DNA of 64,000 nt from Candidatus Moraniibacteriota bacterium (lineage in GTDB: Bacteria; Patescibacteriota; Minisyncoccia; Moranbacterales; UBA2206): assembly GCA_049297495.1 (NCBI GenBank), contig JBAQUL010000012.1, forward strand, positions 43,616 to 107,615, read 5' to 3'. The notes under the pieces are model-generated. The model was given only the letters and a program-made list of their open reading frames with translations, was not told the origin of the DNA and made no database searches. Position 1 is the stretch's first letter. Every line of letters starts with the position of its first letter. The translations under genes and the position numbers were made by a program. Below, piece after piece: positions 35,753 to 45,855 of the stretch.

Positions 35753-37234
35753 ATGAATGTAAGGCCAAAAATTCATCTGGATTCTTTTGAAGAATACCGC
35801 ATTTCAGTTCTTCGTCATATCGAATGGATGTTGCAAAATTACTATAAAGATTTGAAAAAAATTACGATAAAGGATATCAAGAGGGATGAAAGCGAAATTA
35901 ATTGTTATGAAAATTTTAATCAACTAGAATCTATTGATCCCAATAAGATTGTGATTTTAGATGACGAAAAAATTAGTACAACCCCAGCAGAGAAAGCTAT
36001 CTTGGCCGGAAAATTTTTATGGGAACATACCGCAGCTGGGGAGGCAACGCGCTTGGGGTTGGGGACGAAATATATATTGAACTTAAGTCAATTTACTCTT
36101 GAAGATGTTGTTTTTCATATAAAGCGTGAGGCTTTGTCGGAATTGGAAAAAAAAGGCATTAAGGGTGCAGAGTTGTCCAAGGAGAAGAGGAGAATAAGCA
36201 AAGAAGTGACTAATGAGAAAGTGCTAGCAGTTTGCGAGGGTGATCCAAAAAAGCTGATGAATATATCTTTGGGCAATCGCCATATGCTTCAGATGGCTTT
36301 TGATGTTTTTAAGATCGCCAAGAAAAATCGCAAGGATCCTAAGGCTGTTTTGGCGAAGCAAACATCACTCATTGTTCTTAATGAGCAAACAGCGGAGGAG
36401 ATATTGGAAGAATTCAAGCAATTTAATTTCTTTTGCTTGAATCCTAAAAAAACTTTTTTCATGATTCAGCGCAGTTTTCACGGAATTTACATCAAAGAAG
36501 GGGACTTGTTTTATGACCCAACGACCGAGAAGAATAAAAGACTTCACAATCATGGACAGATGATGATGCAAAAGGCGCATGACAATGTGATTTTTCGCGT
36601 TGATCCAAAAAATACTAGCAAAAGGGAATATATCACTAATAAAGAATTTGAAAAAATTCTTACTGCTCATGATGATTTATTATCTTATAACGTGGAGGAT
36701 TTAGGATTTCTGACGGGTTCTGTTGATTTTCCAAGTCTTACTCTTGCTCTTGAGCTTGGAAGAAAGGGTTATAATATGATTATGGAAATCGTGGCGCAAA
36801 ACCCAGTGAAGCCACAAAAAGGCGGAGCATGTTGCTTCGACAAGAAGTTGAAGCGAGTAGTTATGATTGAAAGTAATCAACTCAAGGACATAAAGAACGA
36901 AGAGATTAAGCACCTCAATAAGAACTTTAATCATTATCCCAATCCGGTCCAGTCCTATCGGGTGATGAAGGAAAAGGGATTGCCCGTTTCATTTGAGGTT
37001 AAAAATACTTACAATCAAAGTGGTGATCGTGAGGAGTATATCTATGCTAATCCGGTTCAGGGCAATTTAAATTTTTTGGTTAAAACCGCCTATGTGATGC
37101 GCAAAAATCTGAAATCGATTTATAATTGGAAATCACCAGCTACGACGCCGATTGCTGTGAAAGCCATGTTTGAGCAAGACAAGCAAGAAGGTTTTGGAGA
37201 ATTTGTGAAAAAAATCAAAAAAGGGAGATGTTGA
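35753..37234 (+). CDS. UDPGP-family (UTP--sugar-1-phosphate uridylyltransferase / UAP1-like) nucleotide-sugar pyrophosphorylase candidate
   Basis: 493 aa; G-rich loop HTAAGEATRLGLGTKY resembling the AGGQGTRLG pyrophosphorylase signature; glycan-locus context; assignment tentative. Confidence 0.35.
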   Translation: MNVRPKIHLDSFEEYRISVLRHIEWMLQNYYKDLKKITIKDIKRDESEINCYENFNQLESIDPNKIVILDDEKISTTPAEKAILAGKFLWEHTAAGEATRLGLGTKYILNLSQFTLEDVVFHIKREALSELEKKGIKGAELSKEKRRISKEVTNEKVLAVCEGDPKKLMNISLGNRHMLQMAFDVFKIAKKNRKDPKAVLAKQTSLIVLNEQTAEEILEEFKQFNFFCLNPKKTFFMIQRSFHGIYIKEGDLFYDPTTEKNKRLHNHGQMMMQKAHDNVIFRVDPKNTSKREYITNKEFEKILTAHDDLLSYNVEDLGFLTGSVDFPSLTLALELGRKGYNMIMEIVAQNPVKPQKGGACCFDKKLKRVVMIESNQLKDIKNEEIKHLNKNFNHYPNPVQSYRVMKEKGLPVSFEVKNTYNQSGDREEYIYANPVQGNLNFLVKTAYVMRKNLKSIYNWKSPATTPIAVKAMFEQDKQEGFGEFVKKIKKGRC

Positions 37235-37259
37235 TAAATATTTGAAAAAATGAAAAATT

Positions 37260-38375
37260 ATGCGCATCGCTATACAAGCAGCAGATTTAGACGCGAGTCG
37301 GATTGATGGTACTCGCGTTTATATTCACAACATGCTTAAGTTTTTTGGTAAACTGGATTCATCAAGTGAGTTTATTTTATACCATAAAAACAAGTTCAAT
37401 CCCGAGCTTACTCCACCTAAATTTAACAACTATCAGGTTAAACAAAAAAGTTTTCCATTTTTTTGGACTCAAGCCTGGCTTGCAAATGAATTACGAAAAG
37501 ATGTGCCGGATGTGCTTTGGATGCCGATGCATAATATTCCAGTTCTGCATTCGCCAAATTTGAAAACTGTGGTAACTGCGCACGACCTGGCTTACAAATA
37601 TTTTCCAGAATATTTTCCTAAAAAAGACCTGTTTAAACTTAATCTTTTGGGGAAGTGGGCATTTACTCGGGCAGATAAGATTATTGCGATTTCGCAGTCG
37701 ACCAAAAGAGATATCCTAAAGTTTTATCCGAGTGTTTCAGCGGATAAAATCCGGGTTATTTATCATGGTTTTGATGCCGAGGTTTTTTCTATTGCGCGTG
37801 ATTTTGAGATTGAACATGAGGTGAAAAAAAGGATGGGTATTGTTGGTGAATATATCCTTTATGCTGGGGCTATTCAGCCAAGAAAGAATTTGGGTGTTTT
37901 GGTTTCGGCTTTTAATGTGTTTAAGAAAAAAACTAAGTCAGAAATAAAATTGGTTATTGCAGGGGAAAGAGCTTGGCTAGCTGATAATGTTTTTGAACGG
38001 ATTGAAAAAAGTCAGTTCAAAAAAGATATTCTCACTCCAGGTAGGCTAACTTTTTCGGATATGGGAACATTAGTGCGGGGTGCCAATGTCTATGTCTATC
38101 CATCGCTCTATGAGGGTTTTGGCATCCCTGTTTTGGAAATTTTAGCTTCTCGTGTACCTTTGATCTGCGCCTTGAATTCCAGCTTGGGTGAAGTGGGCGG
38201 GGATGCTCCACTATATTTTCAAGAAAAAAATCCGCATGATTTGGCGGAAAAAATTGAACTAGTTTTGAGTGATAAAAAGCTAAGAGATGAGATGATTGAG
38301 AGGGGCTCTGTGCAAGTGAAGAAGTTTTCTTGGGAAAAATGCGCACGGGAGACTTTGGAATATTTGAAAAACTAA
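37260..38375 (+). CDS. Glycosyltransferase family 4
   Basis: 371 aa; YILYAGAIQPRKN and YPSLYEGFGIPVLE (E-x7-E region) GT4 signatures. Confidence 0.75.
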   Translation: MRIAIQAADLDASRIDGTRVYIHNMLKFFGKLDSSSEFILYHKNKFNPELTPPKFNNYQVKQKSFPFFWTQAWLANELRKDVPDVLWMPMHNIPVLHSPNLKTVVTAHDLAYKYFPEYFPKKDLFKLNLLGKWAFTRADKIIAISQSTKRDILKFYPSVSADKIRVIYHGFDAEVFSIARDFEIEHEVKKRMGIVGEYILYAGAIQPRKNLGVLVSAFNVFKKKTKSEIKLVIAGERAWLADNVFERIEKSQFKKDILTPGRLTFSDMGTLVRGANVYVYPSLYEGFGIPVLEILASRVPLICALNSSLGEVGGDAPLYFQEKNPHDLAEKIELVLSDKKLRDEMIERGSVQVKKFSWEKCARETLEYLKN

Positions 38376-38378
38376 AAT

Positions 38379-38825
38379 TTATTCTTCGTGAAATAGAATT
38401 TGATAGCTGAGATATCCGATTCCCAGGCAAGCTAAAAGAAAAAATAAGTTTAAAAAAACATTCATTTCTAGCTGGCTATTGAAAATGAGTAGGGCGCCAA
38501 GTAATATGAATGAAATGATGATTTTTTTCGACTCTTTTCCTTGAGCGGAAGTGTTGGCACTGACTTTTTCAGGCGTTGTTTTTTTGGCGAAAATTCTTAA
38601 TAAAAAAACATTAAGCAGAATTGCGATAATGATTTTAGAAAAGCCAATATGGGAAATGATAATTCCTGGAAGGACGGCTTCGGCGATGAGCGTCAGGATG
38701 AAAAAGACAAGCGCCATAAAAAGGCTGTCATGCAAAAGCTTGTAGATGATGATAATTGTTTCTCTTTCGAGTGGCTTTGGATAGATTCTATTATTCAGTT
38801 TGGCGAATAGGTTTGGAATTTGCAT
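38379..38825 (-). CDS. Small polytopic membrane protein, hypothetical
   Basis: 148 aa, 4 predicted TM helices. Confidence 0.35.
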   Translation of the reverse strand: MQIPNLFAKLNNRIYPKPLERETIIIIYKLLHDSLFMALVFFILTLIAEAVLPGIIISHIGFSKIIIAILLNVFLLRIFAKKTTPEKVSANTSAQGKESKKIIISFILLGALLIFNSQLEMNVFLNLFFLLACLGIGYLSYQILFHEE

Positions 38826-38839
38826 AGTTTTTAAAAAAA

Positions 38840-40186
38840 TTATTGCGCTGTTGTTTGAATGCCATAGCGTGCTTTTATTTTTAGGATCATATTGCGTAGG
38901 GCTAGTTTGAGGTTTTGAATCGTCATATTCTTTTCATAGAGTAAGTTGAGGTTGTCGATTTTCAGATCATCTTTTGTTGTGAATGTGAATTCATAGTATT
39001 TTCCTGCCGAGTCTTGGGTGTCGTTAAGGGGAAGAAAGCAAGAATAATTTCCAAAAAAATCTTTTTTCAAGTCGCATCCACCCAAGATTTCGAGACTTTT
39101 AGCTGAAACAGTGATTGGCTTTTTTTTCAACCACGAACTTGCGATTTTTTCTGACGGTAATTCGTGTTTTTGGAGGTTTTCAATTCTATACCACTTGCCT
39201 GAATCGGGCGTGAAGAAAACTGTTCCGTCGGGGTGGACGCTGGTAAGTGTGAATAGTTTTTCTTTTGCGTAGAGGGAGAATTCATCGCCGCCAACCGTGA
39301 TGATGTCACTCCAATTGTAGCCCTGGTTAATGAAAATTTCTGGGTCGCCGATTGGATAGATTTTATTACCACTAACAATATAGGCAGATGTTCCATAGGT
39401 TACTATTGACCCATCGGCAAATCCAACTGGGTTTTCCGTCAGGGAGTAATTGCTGAGAAAATCCACATTTTTGGGGATAGCTATATTTTCAGCATATAGG
39501 CTAAGAAATGCGCCACTGCTGATGAATTTTTCCAGTGCTCCCTGCGAGTTCAGTATGTAGTATTCTTCGTTAATTTTAAAAATAGAATCGGCGGGGTAAT
39601 TTTTTGTGTCAGAGATTTCTTCGCCGGGAGGATTATATTTCAATTCGTTATCATTTTCAACTGAGAGGAAAGCTATTTGGGGAAAATTTAGCGTAGTAAT
39701 AGTAGAGAGATTATTGAATTTTCTCAGCTTTCCATCGGAAATGAGATAGAAATCATCCTTATTCTTTATGAGCGTTCCATCTCTAAAACCAAGCGGATTA
39801 CCTTTCGGATAGAGAAATGCGCGGTAAGATTTGCGGAGATCAATATGGGCGTTGTCTGGTTTTTTCGATTGTCTATTTAGTGTGAAGCTGAGTTTTATCT
39901 TGGAGAAGCTACCAACGAGAGAAGCGTCAAAATAGCTTGCCTGTTTGGCAGGAAATTTCCCATCAGTAATCAGTGTTCCGTCATTGGTTCTAGGATTTAA
40001 CGCATTTCCCTTATTTGAGGTAAGCATCAAAAAGGAAAAATTAAATTCTTGTGTGGGAAAGAATATGAAATAGGCAACATAGAGTGATGCGCAAAAACAA
40101 AAAGAATAGAAAATTGCTTGCAAGCGTCTATAACGCGAGTAACTATTTTTGTCTAGTTTGATTTCTTTTGTTAGGTCAAAAAACAT
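38840..40186 (-). CDS. Membrane-anchored hypothetical protein with a beta-rich ectodomain (architecture similar to 10643-12145)
   Basis: 448 aa; N-terminal TM after a short cytoplasmic segment; no motifs recognised. Confidence 0.35.
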   Translation of the reverse strand: MFFDLTKEIKLDKNSYSRYRRLQAIFYSFCFCASLYVAYFIFFPTQEFNFSFLMLTSNKGNALNPRTNDGTLITDGKFPAKQASYFDASLVGSFSKIKLSFTLNRQSKKPDNAHIDLRKSYRAFLYPKGNPLGFRDGTLIKNKDDFYLISDGKLRKFNNLSTITTLNFPQIAFLSVENDNELKYNPPGEEISDTKNYPADSIFKINEEYYILNSQGALEKFISSGAFLSLYAENIAIPKNVDFLSNYSLTENPVGFADGSIVTYGTSAYIVSGNKIYPIGDPEIFINQGYNWSDIITVGGDEFSLYAKEKLFTLTSVHPDGTVFFTPDSGKWYRIENLQKHELPSEKIASSWLKKKPITVSAKSLEILGGCDLKKDFFGNYSCFLPLNDTQDSAGKYYEFTFTTKDDLKIDNLNLLYEKNMTIQNLKLALRNMILKIKARYGIQTTAQ

Positions 40187-40196
40187 AGCTTCAGGA

Positions 40197-41990
40197 TTAG
40201 CGTTTTAATAAATAAACCTTGCCTTTAGTTAGTGTTTGAGATTCAAATGGGAGGCTTCGAGAGAGGATGCTGTCTTGGGATAAATCGGGGACAACGAGAT
40301 GTTTTCTTTCGATTTGGTACTCTTTTTGTGGAATTAATTTTTCTAGTAGGTCAAATTTTTCATATAGCGCCAAGCTTTCATTGGGAATAATCAAATAAAC
40401 GTTGGTAAATTTCTTGGTATCAATTTTATCTAAATCAGCCGGGTTGAAGAAATAGACTGCCTGCTTTCCATAAAGAAAGTTCATTGGAGCGCCAATCATT
40501 GACCAACCGTCGCCTGAAGCCAGCCGATCAATAAGGACTAGGTCTGTATTGGAGAAGCTTTCACTGAGCGATTTGGTTTGCGCCAATAGTTGTTCGTTTT
40601 CGGAGAAGTTCATGAGCGGTAATGAAAAAATCAGGTTGGTAATGATAAATACCGTAGAAAGGGTAAAAAAATAAATTTTTTTTACGAAAAGTTGATTGAT
40701 CAGTAGTGCTGTGTAAAAAATTCCCATCGGAATGATGGCAAAAGAAAAGCGACGAAGCATCCAGGGATGATCCGGGGAAATCCCCGAGTGGACAATATAA
40801 ATAAGAAGAGGGGTGGTTATGAAAAAGGGAATCAGGATGGAATAATTTTTTTTACGAAGAAAATAGAGTAGTCCTAGGGCTTCAATAATAAGAAGTATTA
40901 AAATGCCGTAATAATTGAAAATTTTACCCAAATAAACTAGTGCGGAGATGGCGCTAAGGCCATTACTTTCGAAAGAAAAAGAATGCACCAGTCCCTTGAG
41001 GGAGGAAATGTAGAATTGACTGTTGATTTTGATTGTAGCTAGATAGCTAAGTAGAAAAATTCCCAGGAGCCAGAATATTTTTTGTTTTTCCACTTTTAAG
41101 AAAAGGGCTTTTTCCTTTTTTTTCAAGACGAAGAGTATGCCGCCTAACATGAAAAGAAGTGCCCAAGCCTCAAGTCTGGTAAACGTGAGAAGAAGGAGGG
41201 TTGAGAGGGCAGCGAAAAAGAAGACTTGATCGCGATATTTCAAAAAGAGAGAGATTTCCAGTAGAGCGAACCAGACAAAACCTAGTGCTAAATTTTCGCC
41301 CAAGGTGAGTTTTAAAAACCAAGAAAAAGTGAATGTACTAAGAGTGAGAAATAATCCGAACCAGGCAGTTCTTTGGTTTCCATGGATTTTGACCAAAGCG
41401 AAGAAAGAAAGCAGAAAAATAAAAAATAAGATGCCATTTGCAATTGGATATCCCGCTAATCCAAAAAGACTATAAAAAACAGCTAGCCAGGCAATATAGC
41501 CTATCGAAAAGTGAGTGATTAATTCTCCTTCCTGGTTATAGTTAAAGCCCGGGTAATTGAGTGCGGTGCCGGGGCCATAAATTCCAAAAAACTCCCGAGA
41601 AGAGGTTGTTTCGAATGGTAGTTTATGATTTTGGGATAATCTCGCGGCAGCTTCACTGAAAGATCCCTGATCGCGTCCGGAAAAAACAGATGGTTCGGCG
41701 TGGAATGAGAAGTATGCGATTGCCAAAATAGAAAAGAGAGAAAGAATGACGAGCTGAAGGTTATTCAGCGCTTTTCGGTTATGAAAAAAGAGCACAGTTA
41801 ACGCGAGCAATCCAATCAGGATGAAAATGGCTAGAATCGGCCAATAGAAAATTCCAAGCAGTGTTAAAATAATTGCCAAAAATTCCAACCCTAAAAAAAA
41901 GATTCCCAGGGCGGAAAATAGCTTATATCCATTGAGATTATGCGGTATTTTCATTAATCTAATTATATATTCAAAAAGCCTTTTTGCCAA
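40197..41990 (-). CDS. Polytopic membrane glycosyltransferase, GT39/PMT- or ArnT(GT83)-like (lipid-linked sugar dependent)
   Basis: 597 aa, more than 12 TM helices with N-terminal loop architecture typical of PMT_2/ArnT-like enzymes; a GT2 polyprenol-P sugar synthase is encoded nearby. Confidence 0.4.
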   Translation of the reverse strand: MAKRLFEYIIRLMKIPHNLNGYKLFSALGIFFLGLEFLAIILTLLGIFYWPILAIFILIGLLALTVLFFHNRKALNNLQLVILSLFSILAIAYFSFHAEPSVFSGRDQGSFSEAAARLSQNHKLPFETTSSREFFGIYGPGTALNYPGFNYNQEGELITHFSIGYIAWLAVFYSLFGLAGYPIANGILFFIFLLSFFALVKIHGNQRTAWFGLFLTLSTFTFSWFLKLTLGENLALGFVWFALLEISLFLKYRDQVFFFAALSTLLLLTFTRLEAWALLFMLGGILFVLKKKEKALFLKVEKQKIFWLLGIFLLSYLATIKINSQFYISSLKGLVHSFSFESNGLSAISALVYLGKIFNYYGILILLIIEALGLLYFLRKKNYSILIPFFITTPLLIYIVHSGISPDHPWMLRRFSFAIIPMGIFYTALLINQLFVKKIYFFTLSTVFIITNLIFSLPLMNFSENEQLLAQTKSLSESFSNTDLVLIDRLASGDGWSMIGAPMNFLYGKQAVYFFNPADLDKIDTKKFTNVYLIIPNESLALYEKFDLLEKLIPQKEYQIERKHLVVPDLSQDSILSRSLPFESQTLTKGKVYLLKR

Positions 41991-42092
41991 ACCTGTTCTT
42001 TTCGGATAGAATTATAATGTTTTTTAAATCGTTAATTAAGCAAACATTCTCAAGTAGGAGTTTTTGCAGAAAATGAAACAAAAAATCATCTT

Positions 42093-43553
42093 ATGACAAA
42101 AATAAATTTCGAAAGAAGGAATTCAACCGGATCCAAGGTTAGGTTTTATTTGGCATTAAAAAAGTTCTTTAAGCAAAAAAATGTTATTCGACTGGTTTTT
42201 CTCACTGTCTTTGTTTTGGTTTGTGTCTTTTTGTTTTCCTTTGCGAAAAGCAATAAGCAGATAATTGGAGTGAAAACCTTATCAGCATTGAACAAGTTTT
42301 CCAATCTATTGCCAATTACCAGGGATGAACAAAAAGAACTTTCTGTGCTCAACGCGCTTGTGGAGAATTTCACTCAAAAAGATGGAAAAACCAAAACATT
42401 CATGTTGCTTTTGCAAAATAATATGGAACTGCGTCCGGGAGGCGGATTTTTGGGTCAATACGCAATCATTAAGATAAAAGACGGAGAGGTGCTTTCGTCA
42501 TATTTTGAAGATGCTAATCTTTTGGATCAAAGAATTAAGGCAAAAATTCCGACGCCCTATCCTTTTGAGCGGATGATGCAGCTCAAAAATTGGAAATTTC
42601 GTGATTCAAACTTTTCGCCTGATTTCCCCATTAATGTTGAAAAAGCGAAATATTTTTACCGCTTGAGTGGCAAGGGTAGTCCTGAATTTGATGGTGTGAT
42701 TGCAATTAATGCCCAGGTCTTAAATGACATCTTAAAATTAACCGGTCCCATTACTGTTCCCGGCTATGCGGCTGAGTTTAATTCAGATAATGCTTTTCTT
42801 AAGCTGGAAGAGGTGGTGGAAAAACAATACATTATGAATCCGGACATTGATACGCAAAACAGAAAAGCGATTATGAAAAAAATGTTGCCGATTATTATTG
42901 ATAAGCTTTTCACTTTTGGCAATATTTCCAAACTGACGGAATTGGCTCATCAAGAGTTTCGTTCCAAAAATGTGATGGTTAATTTTAGGGACGAAAAACT
43001 GCAAAAGCTTTCCGCTGATGTGGCTTGGACTGGTGAAATGAATCAGAGCTGGGATGGTGATTATCTGATGATGGTTGATGCGAACATGGGGGCTTTGAAA
43101 ACAGATTATTACATGAAACGGGAAATTAATTATGATATTGATTTAACTTCTGAAAAACCAATTGTGAACCTGGGGATTCTCTACAAAAATACCGCACCAT
43201 ATGGCGACTGGCGCACGAGTGACTATCACACCTATATGCGACTCTATCTGCCCAAAGGCGCGACGCTTTTGGAGCGAACAATGATGAATAATATCAGTGC
43301 CGGAGAGGATTTCGGCAAAAGCTGGATCGGTTTTATGGGCCACGTGCTGATTGGCGGGGAGACGGATGTGAAAATTAAATATGAGTTGCCGGCTGAATTT
43401 CCCCGTGATAATTATAAACTACTCATCCAAAAACAATCCGGTGTGTCGGATATTCCGGTTAAGGTCCACGTGAAAACAAAAGACGGTGAATTTAATCAAG
43501 AGCAAATGATGAATAGTGATTTGCATTTTGAAGTAAAGGAAAATACTAACTAG
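42093..43553 (+). CDS. DUF4012-like membrane-anchored protein, paralog of 9042-10439
   Basis: 486 aa; FMLLLQNNMELRPGGGFLGQYA and LMMVDANMGALKTDYYM blocks shared with the 9042 ORF. Confidence 0.5.
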   Translation: MTKINFERRNSTGSKVRFYLALKKFFKQKNVIRLVFLTVFVLVCVFLFSFAKSNKQIIGVKTLSALNKFSNLLPITRDEQKELSVLNALVENFTQKDGKTKTFMLLLQNNMELRPGGGFLGQYAIIKIKDGEVLSSYFEDANLLDQRIKAKIPTPYPFERMMQLKNWKFRDSNFSPDFPINVEKAKYFYRLSGKGSPEFDGVIAINAQVLNDILKLTGPITVPGYAAEFNSDNAFLKLEEVVEKQYIMNPDIDTQNRKAIMKKMLPIIIDKLFTFGNISKLTELAHQEFRSKNVMVNFRDEKLQKLSADVAWTGEMNQSWDGDYLMMVDANMGALKTDYYMKREINYDIDLTSEKPIVNLGILYKNTAPYGDWRTSDYHTYMRLYLPKGATLLERTMMNNISAGEDFGKSWIGFMGHVLIGGETDVKIKYELPAEFPRDNYKLLIQKQSGVSDIPVKVHVKTKDGEFNQEQMMNSDLHFEVKENTN

Positions 43554-43610
43554 TGCCATATCGTGGAGGCGGAGCCTCTATAATGGAGGTTGAGCTTCCA
43601 GCAATAACAA

Positions 43611-44783
43611 ATGAGTATTTTGCTCAAATTTGACAAGGTTCGTACTCTAGTTCGCAGCAATGGTCTTTTTGGAAGTGCGAAAAAAGTTTTTGGCTATGCT
43701 CGAAAGTATCGCGCTGCTTTCGTCGTGGCTCCCGGGGACATTCTTTTTATTGCTTCCGGTGTAGGGGATAGTGCGCATTTTCGAACGTGGAATGTGGTCG
43801 AGGAATTGTGCTTGCATAATTTACGTGCATCAGTCACGATTTCCGATAATCCTCAATTGCTTGAATTAGTGGATCAATTTAAGATCTTTATTTTTCACAA
43901 AACGGTTTATTCTGAAAAAATTGCCAAAGTAGTTGAGAAAATAAAAACGCAAAAAAAGGAGATCATTTTTGATACGGATGATTTGAATTTTGACCCAAAA
44001 TATTCCGGACAAATGGATTACTTGAAAAATGCTGGCGAGGCGGAAAAAGTTCAATATGCGAAAGGTTTGGGACGAGAGATTTTGGAAGACGAATATGTAA
44101 AAGTGGTGACGACCACAACAACCTATTTAGCCAAAATTCTGGAGCAAAAAGGTAAAAAAGTTTTTGTGGTAAAAAATAAAATTTGCAATGCTGAGCTGGG
44201 TTTGGCGAATAAGCTTTGGGAGACTGGCAGAAAAGCAAATAATGATTTTGTGTATCTAGGATATTTTAGCGGAACACCAAGTCATAATAAGGATTTTGCG
44301 ACAATCACAGATGCGCTTGTTGGAGTGATGCGAAAATATACAAATGTGAAATTGATTTTGGCTGGACCAGTGGAAAAAGAAAACGGCCTCAATGAGTTTG
44401 TGGACAGAATTATCGTGTTGCCATTAGTGCCAAGAGGAGAACATTATCGAAACATTCAAAAAGCAGATATTAATTTAGTTCCCCTGGAAAGCAATTCTTT
44501 TTGCGAGGCTAAATCTGAACTGAAATTTTTTGAAGCAGGCGTTTTAGGTATTTCGACAGTGGCTCAGAATAACGAAACCTTCGTGGGTACAATTGAGGAC
44601 GGAGTGACTGGATTTTTGGCGGGAAATGAGCTAGAATGGACGGAGAAATTAGGGCGCTTGATTGAGAATGAAAAACTGAGAAAAGAGATGGGCGAGCGGG
44701 CGAGAGAAAAAACGCTCAAGGATTATACGAATAAAAATAGCCATAGTGAGGAGTATTATAATTACTTAAGCAAAAAACTATGA
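43611..44783 (+). CDS. Glycosyltransferase family 4 (GT-B)
   Basis: 390 aa; C-terminal EAGVLGISTV...GVTGFL nucleotide-sugar binding region. Confidence 0.6.
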   Translation: MSILLKFDKVRTLVRSNGLFGSAKKVFGYARKYRAAFVVAPGDILFIASGVGDSAHFRTWNVVEELCLHNLRASVTISDNPQLLELVDQFKIFIFHKTVYSEKIAKVVEKIKTQKKEIIFDTDDLNFDPKYSGQMDYLKNAGEAEKVQYAKGLGREILEDEYVKVVTTTTTYLAKILEQKGKKVFVVKNKICNAELGLANKLWETGRKANNDFVYLGYFSGTPSHNKDFATITDALVGVMRKYTNVKLILAGPVEKENGLNEFVDRIIVLPLVPRGEHYRNIQKADINLVPLESNSFCEAKSELKFFEAGVLGISTVAQNNETFVGTIEDGVTGFLAGNELEWTEKLGRLIENEKLRKEMGERAREKTLKDYTNKNSHSEEYYNYLSKKL

Positions 44784-45853
44784 AAGTACTTGTAACTGGA
44801 GGCGCGGGATTTATTGGTAGCTATATTTCAAGAGCACTTATTCGTCGGGGGGATGATGTGGTTGCTATTGATAATTTTCAAGATTATTATCCTCGCGTCT
44901 GCAAGGAGTTTAATTTGGACTTGGTCAATCTCACTGCCAATCAGCCTATTGAGTTTTCAAAAGCCGAAGAGGTGAATCCTGTGCACGAGAAACTTTCTGC
45001 CTATTATCCCAAGCAAGAGGCCGCGTCGGGAACGTTTGTTTTTGAGGAAGTGGATATTGTTGATTTTGACAAACTTAAGAATTTATTTGAAACTCACAAA
45101 CCAGACGCGATTATTCATCTGGCAGCTATGGCTGGTGTGCCACTTTCGGCCAAGCAACCCCGACTCTACACGCAGGTGAATGTCGATGGCTCGGTCAATT
45201 TATTAGAGTTATCAAAGGAATTTGGAGTTAAGCAATTTGTGTTTGCCTCTACTGCTTCAGCCTATGGCCAAAAAGAGCATAAAGTTAAGGAAGAAGAAGG
45301 TGTGTCCTATCCGTGGTCCGTTTATGGAGCTACAAAGTCAGCAGTTGAAGCATTGAGTCATGCTTTTTTCAAGCTTTTTGGGTTGAATATTGCTATCGCT
45401 CGAATTTTTGGCCCTATCTATGGTCCTTTGCAACGTCCTTTTGGTATGCTTATCCAACGGCTAATCAATTATGTGCACAACGGCAAAACGCTAACGGTGT
45501 ATGGAATTAAGGGCTTGGAGACGGCCAAGGATTTTACTTATATTGATGATGAGGTAAATGGAATGCTGCTGTGCCTGGATAAAAATGTTGGATATAACGC
45601 CTATAACATTGGGACGTCGAATGCGATTCCATTGAAAAGTTGGTTTGATGCAGTTGGGGACGCCCTCGGCGAACCGGTGAAGTATGAGATTGTCGATGCG
45701 GATCCTGGCGACGTGGCAACTAGCGCGGATATTTCCAAAGCAAAGACTCAGCTCGGTTATGAGCCGCAGATGGATTATAAAGAAGGCGTCAGACGTCAAG
45801 CAGAAATATTCAAACTTATGCCGGAGTGGTATCGTAAAATGGAAAAAGTATAA
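44780..45853 (+). CDS. NAD-dependent nucleotide-sugar epimerase/dehydratase (SDR extended family; UDP-glucuronate/UDP-glucose 4-epimerase-like); start overlaps the preceding stop (ATGA)
   Basis: MKVLVTGGAGFIGS Rossmann motif, YGATKSAVE (YxxxK) catalytic dyad. Confidence 0.8.
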   Translation: MKVLVTGGAGFIGSYISRALIRRGDDVVAIDNFQDYYPRVCKEFNLDLVNLTANQPIEFSKAEEVNPVHEKLSAYYPKQEAASGTFVFEEVDIVDFDKLKNLFETHKPDAIIHLAAMAGVPLSAKQPRLYTQVNVDGSVNLLELSKEFGVKQFVFASTASAYGQKEHKVKEEEGVSYPWSVYGATKSAVEALSHAFFKLFGLNIAIARIFGPIYGPLQRPFGMLIQRLINYVHNGKTLTVYGIKGLETAKDFTYIDDEVNGMLLCLDKNVGYNAYNIGTSNAIPLKSWFDAVGDALGEPVKYEIVDADPGDVATSADISKAKTQLGYEPQMDYKEGVRRQAEIFKLMPEWYRKMEKV

Positions 45854-45855
45854 CT

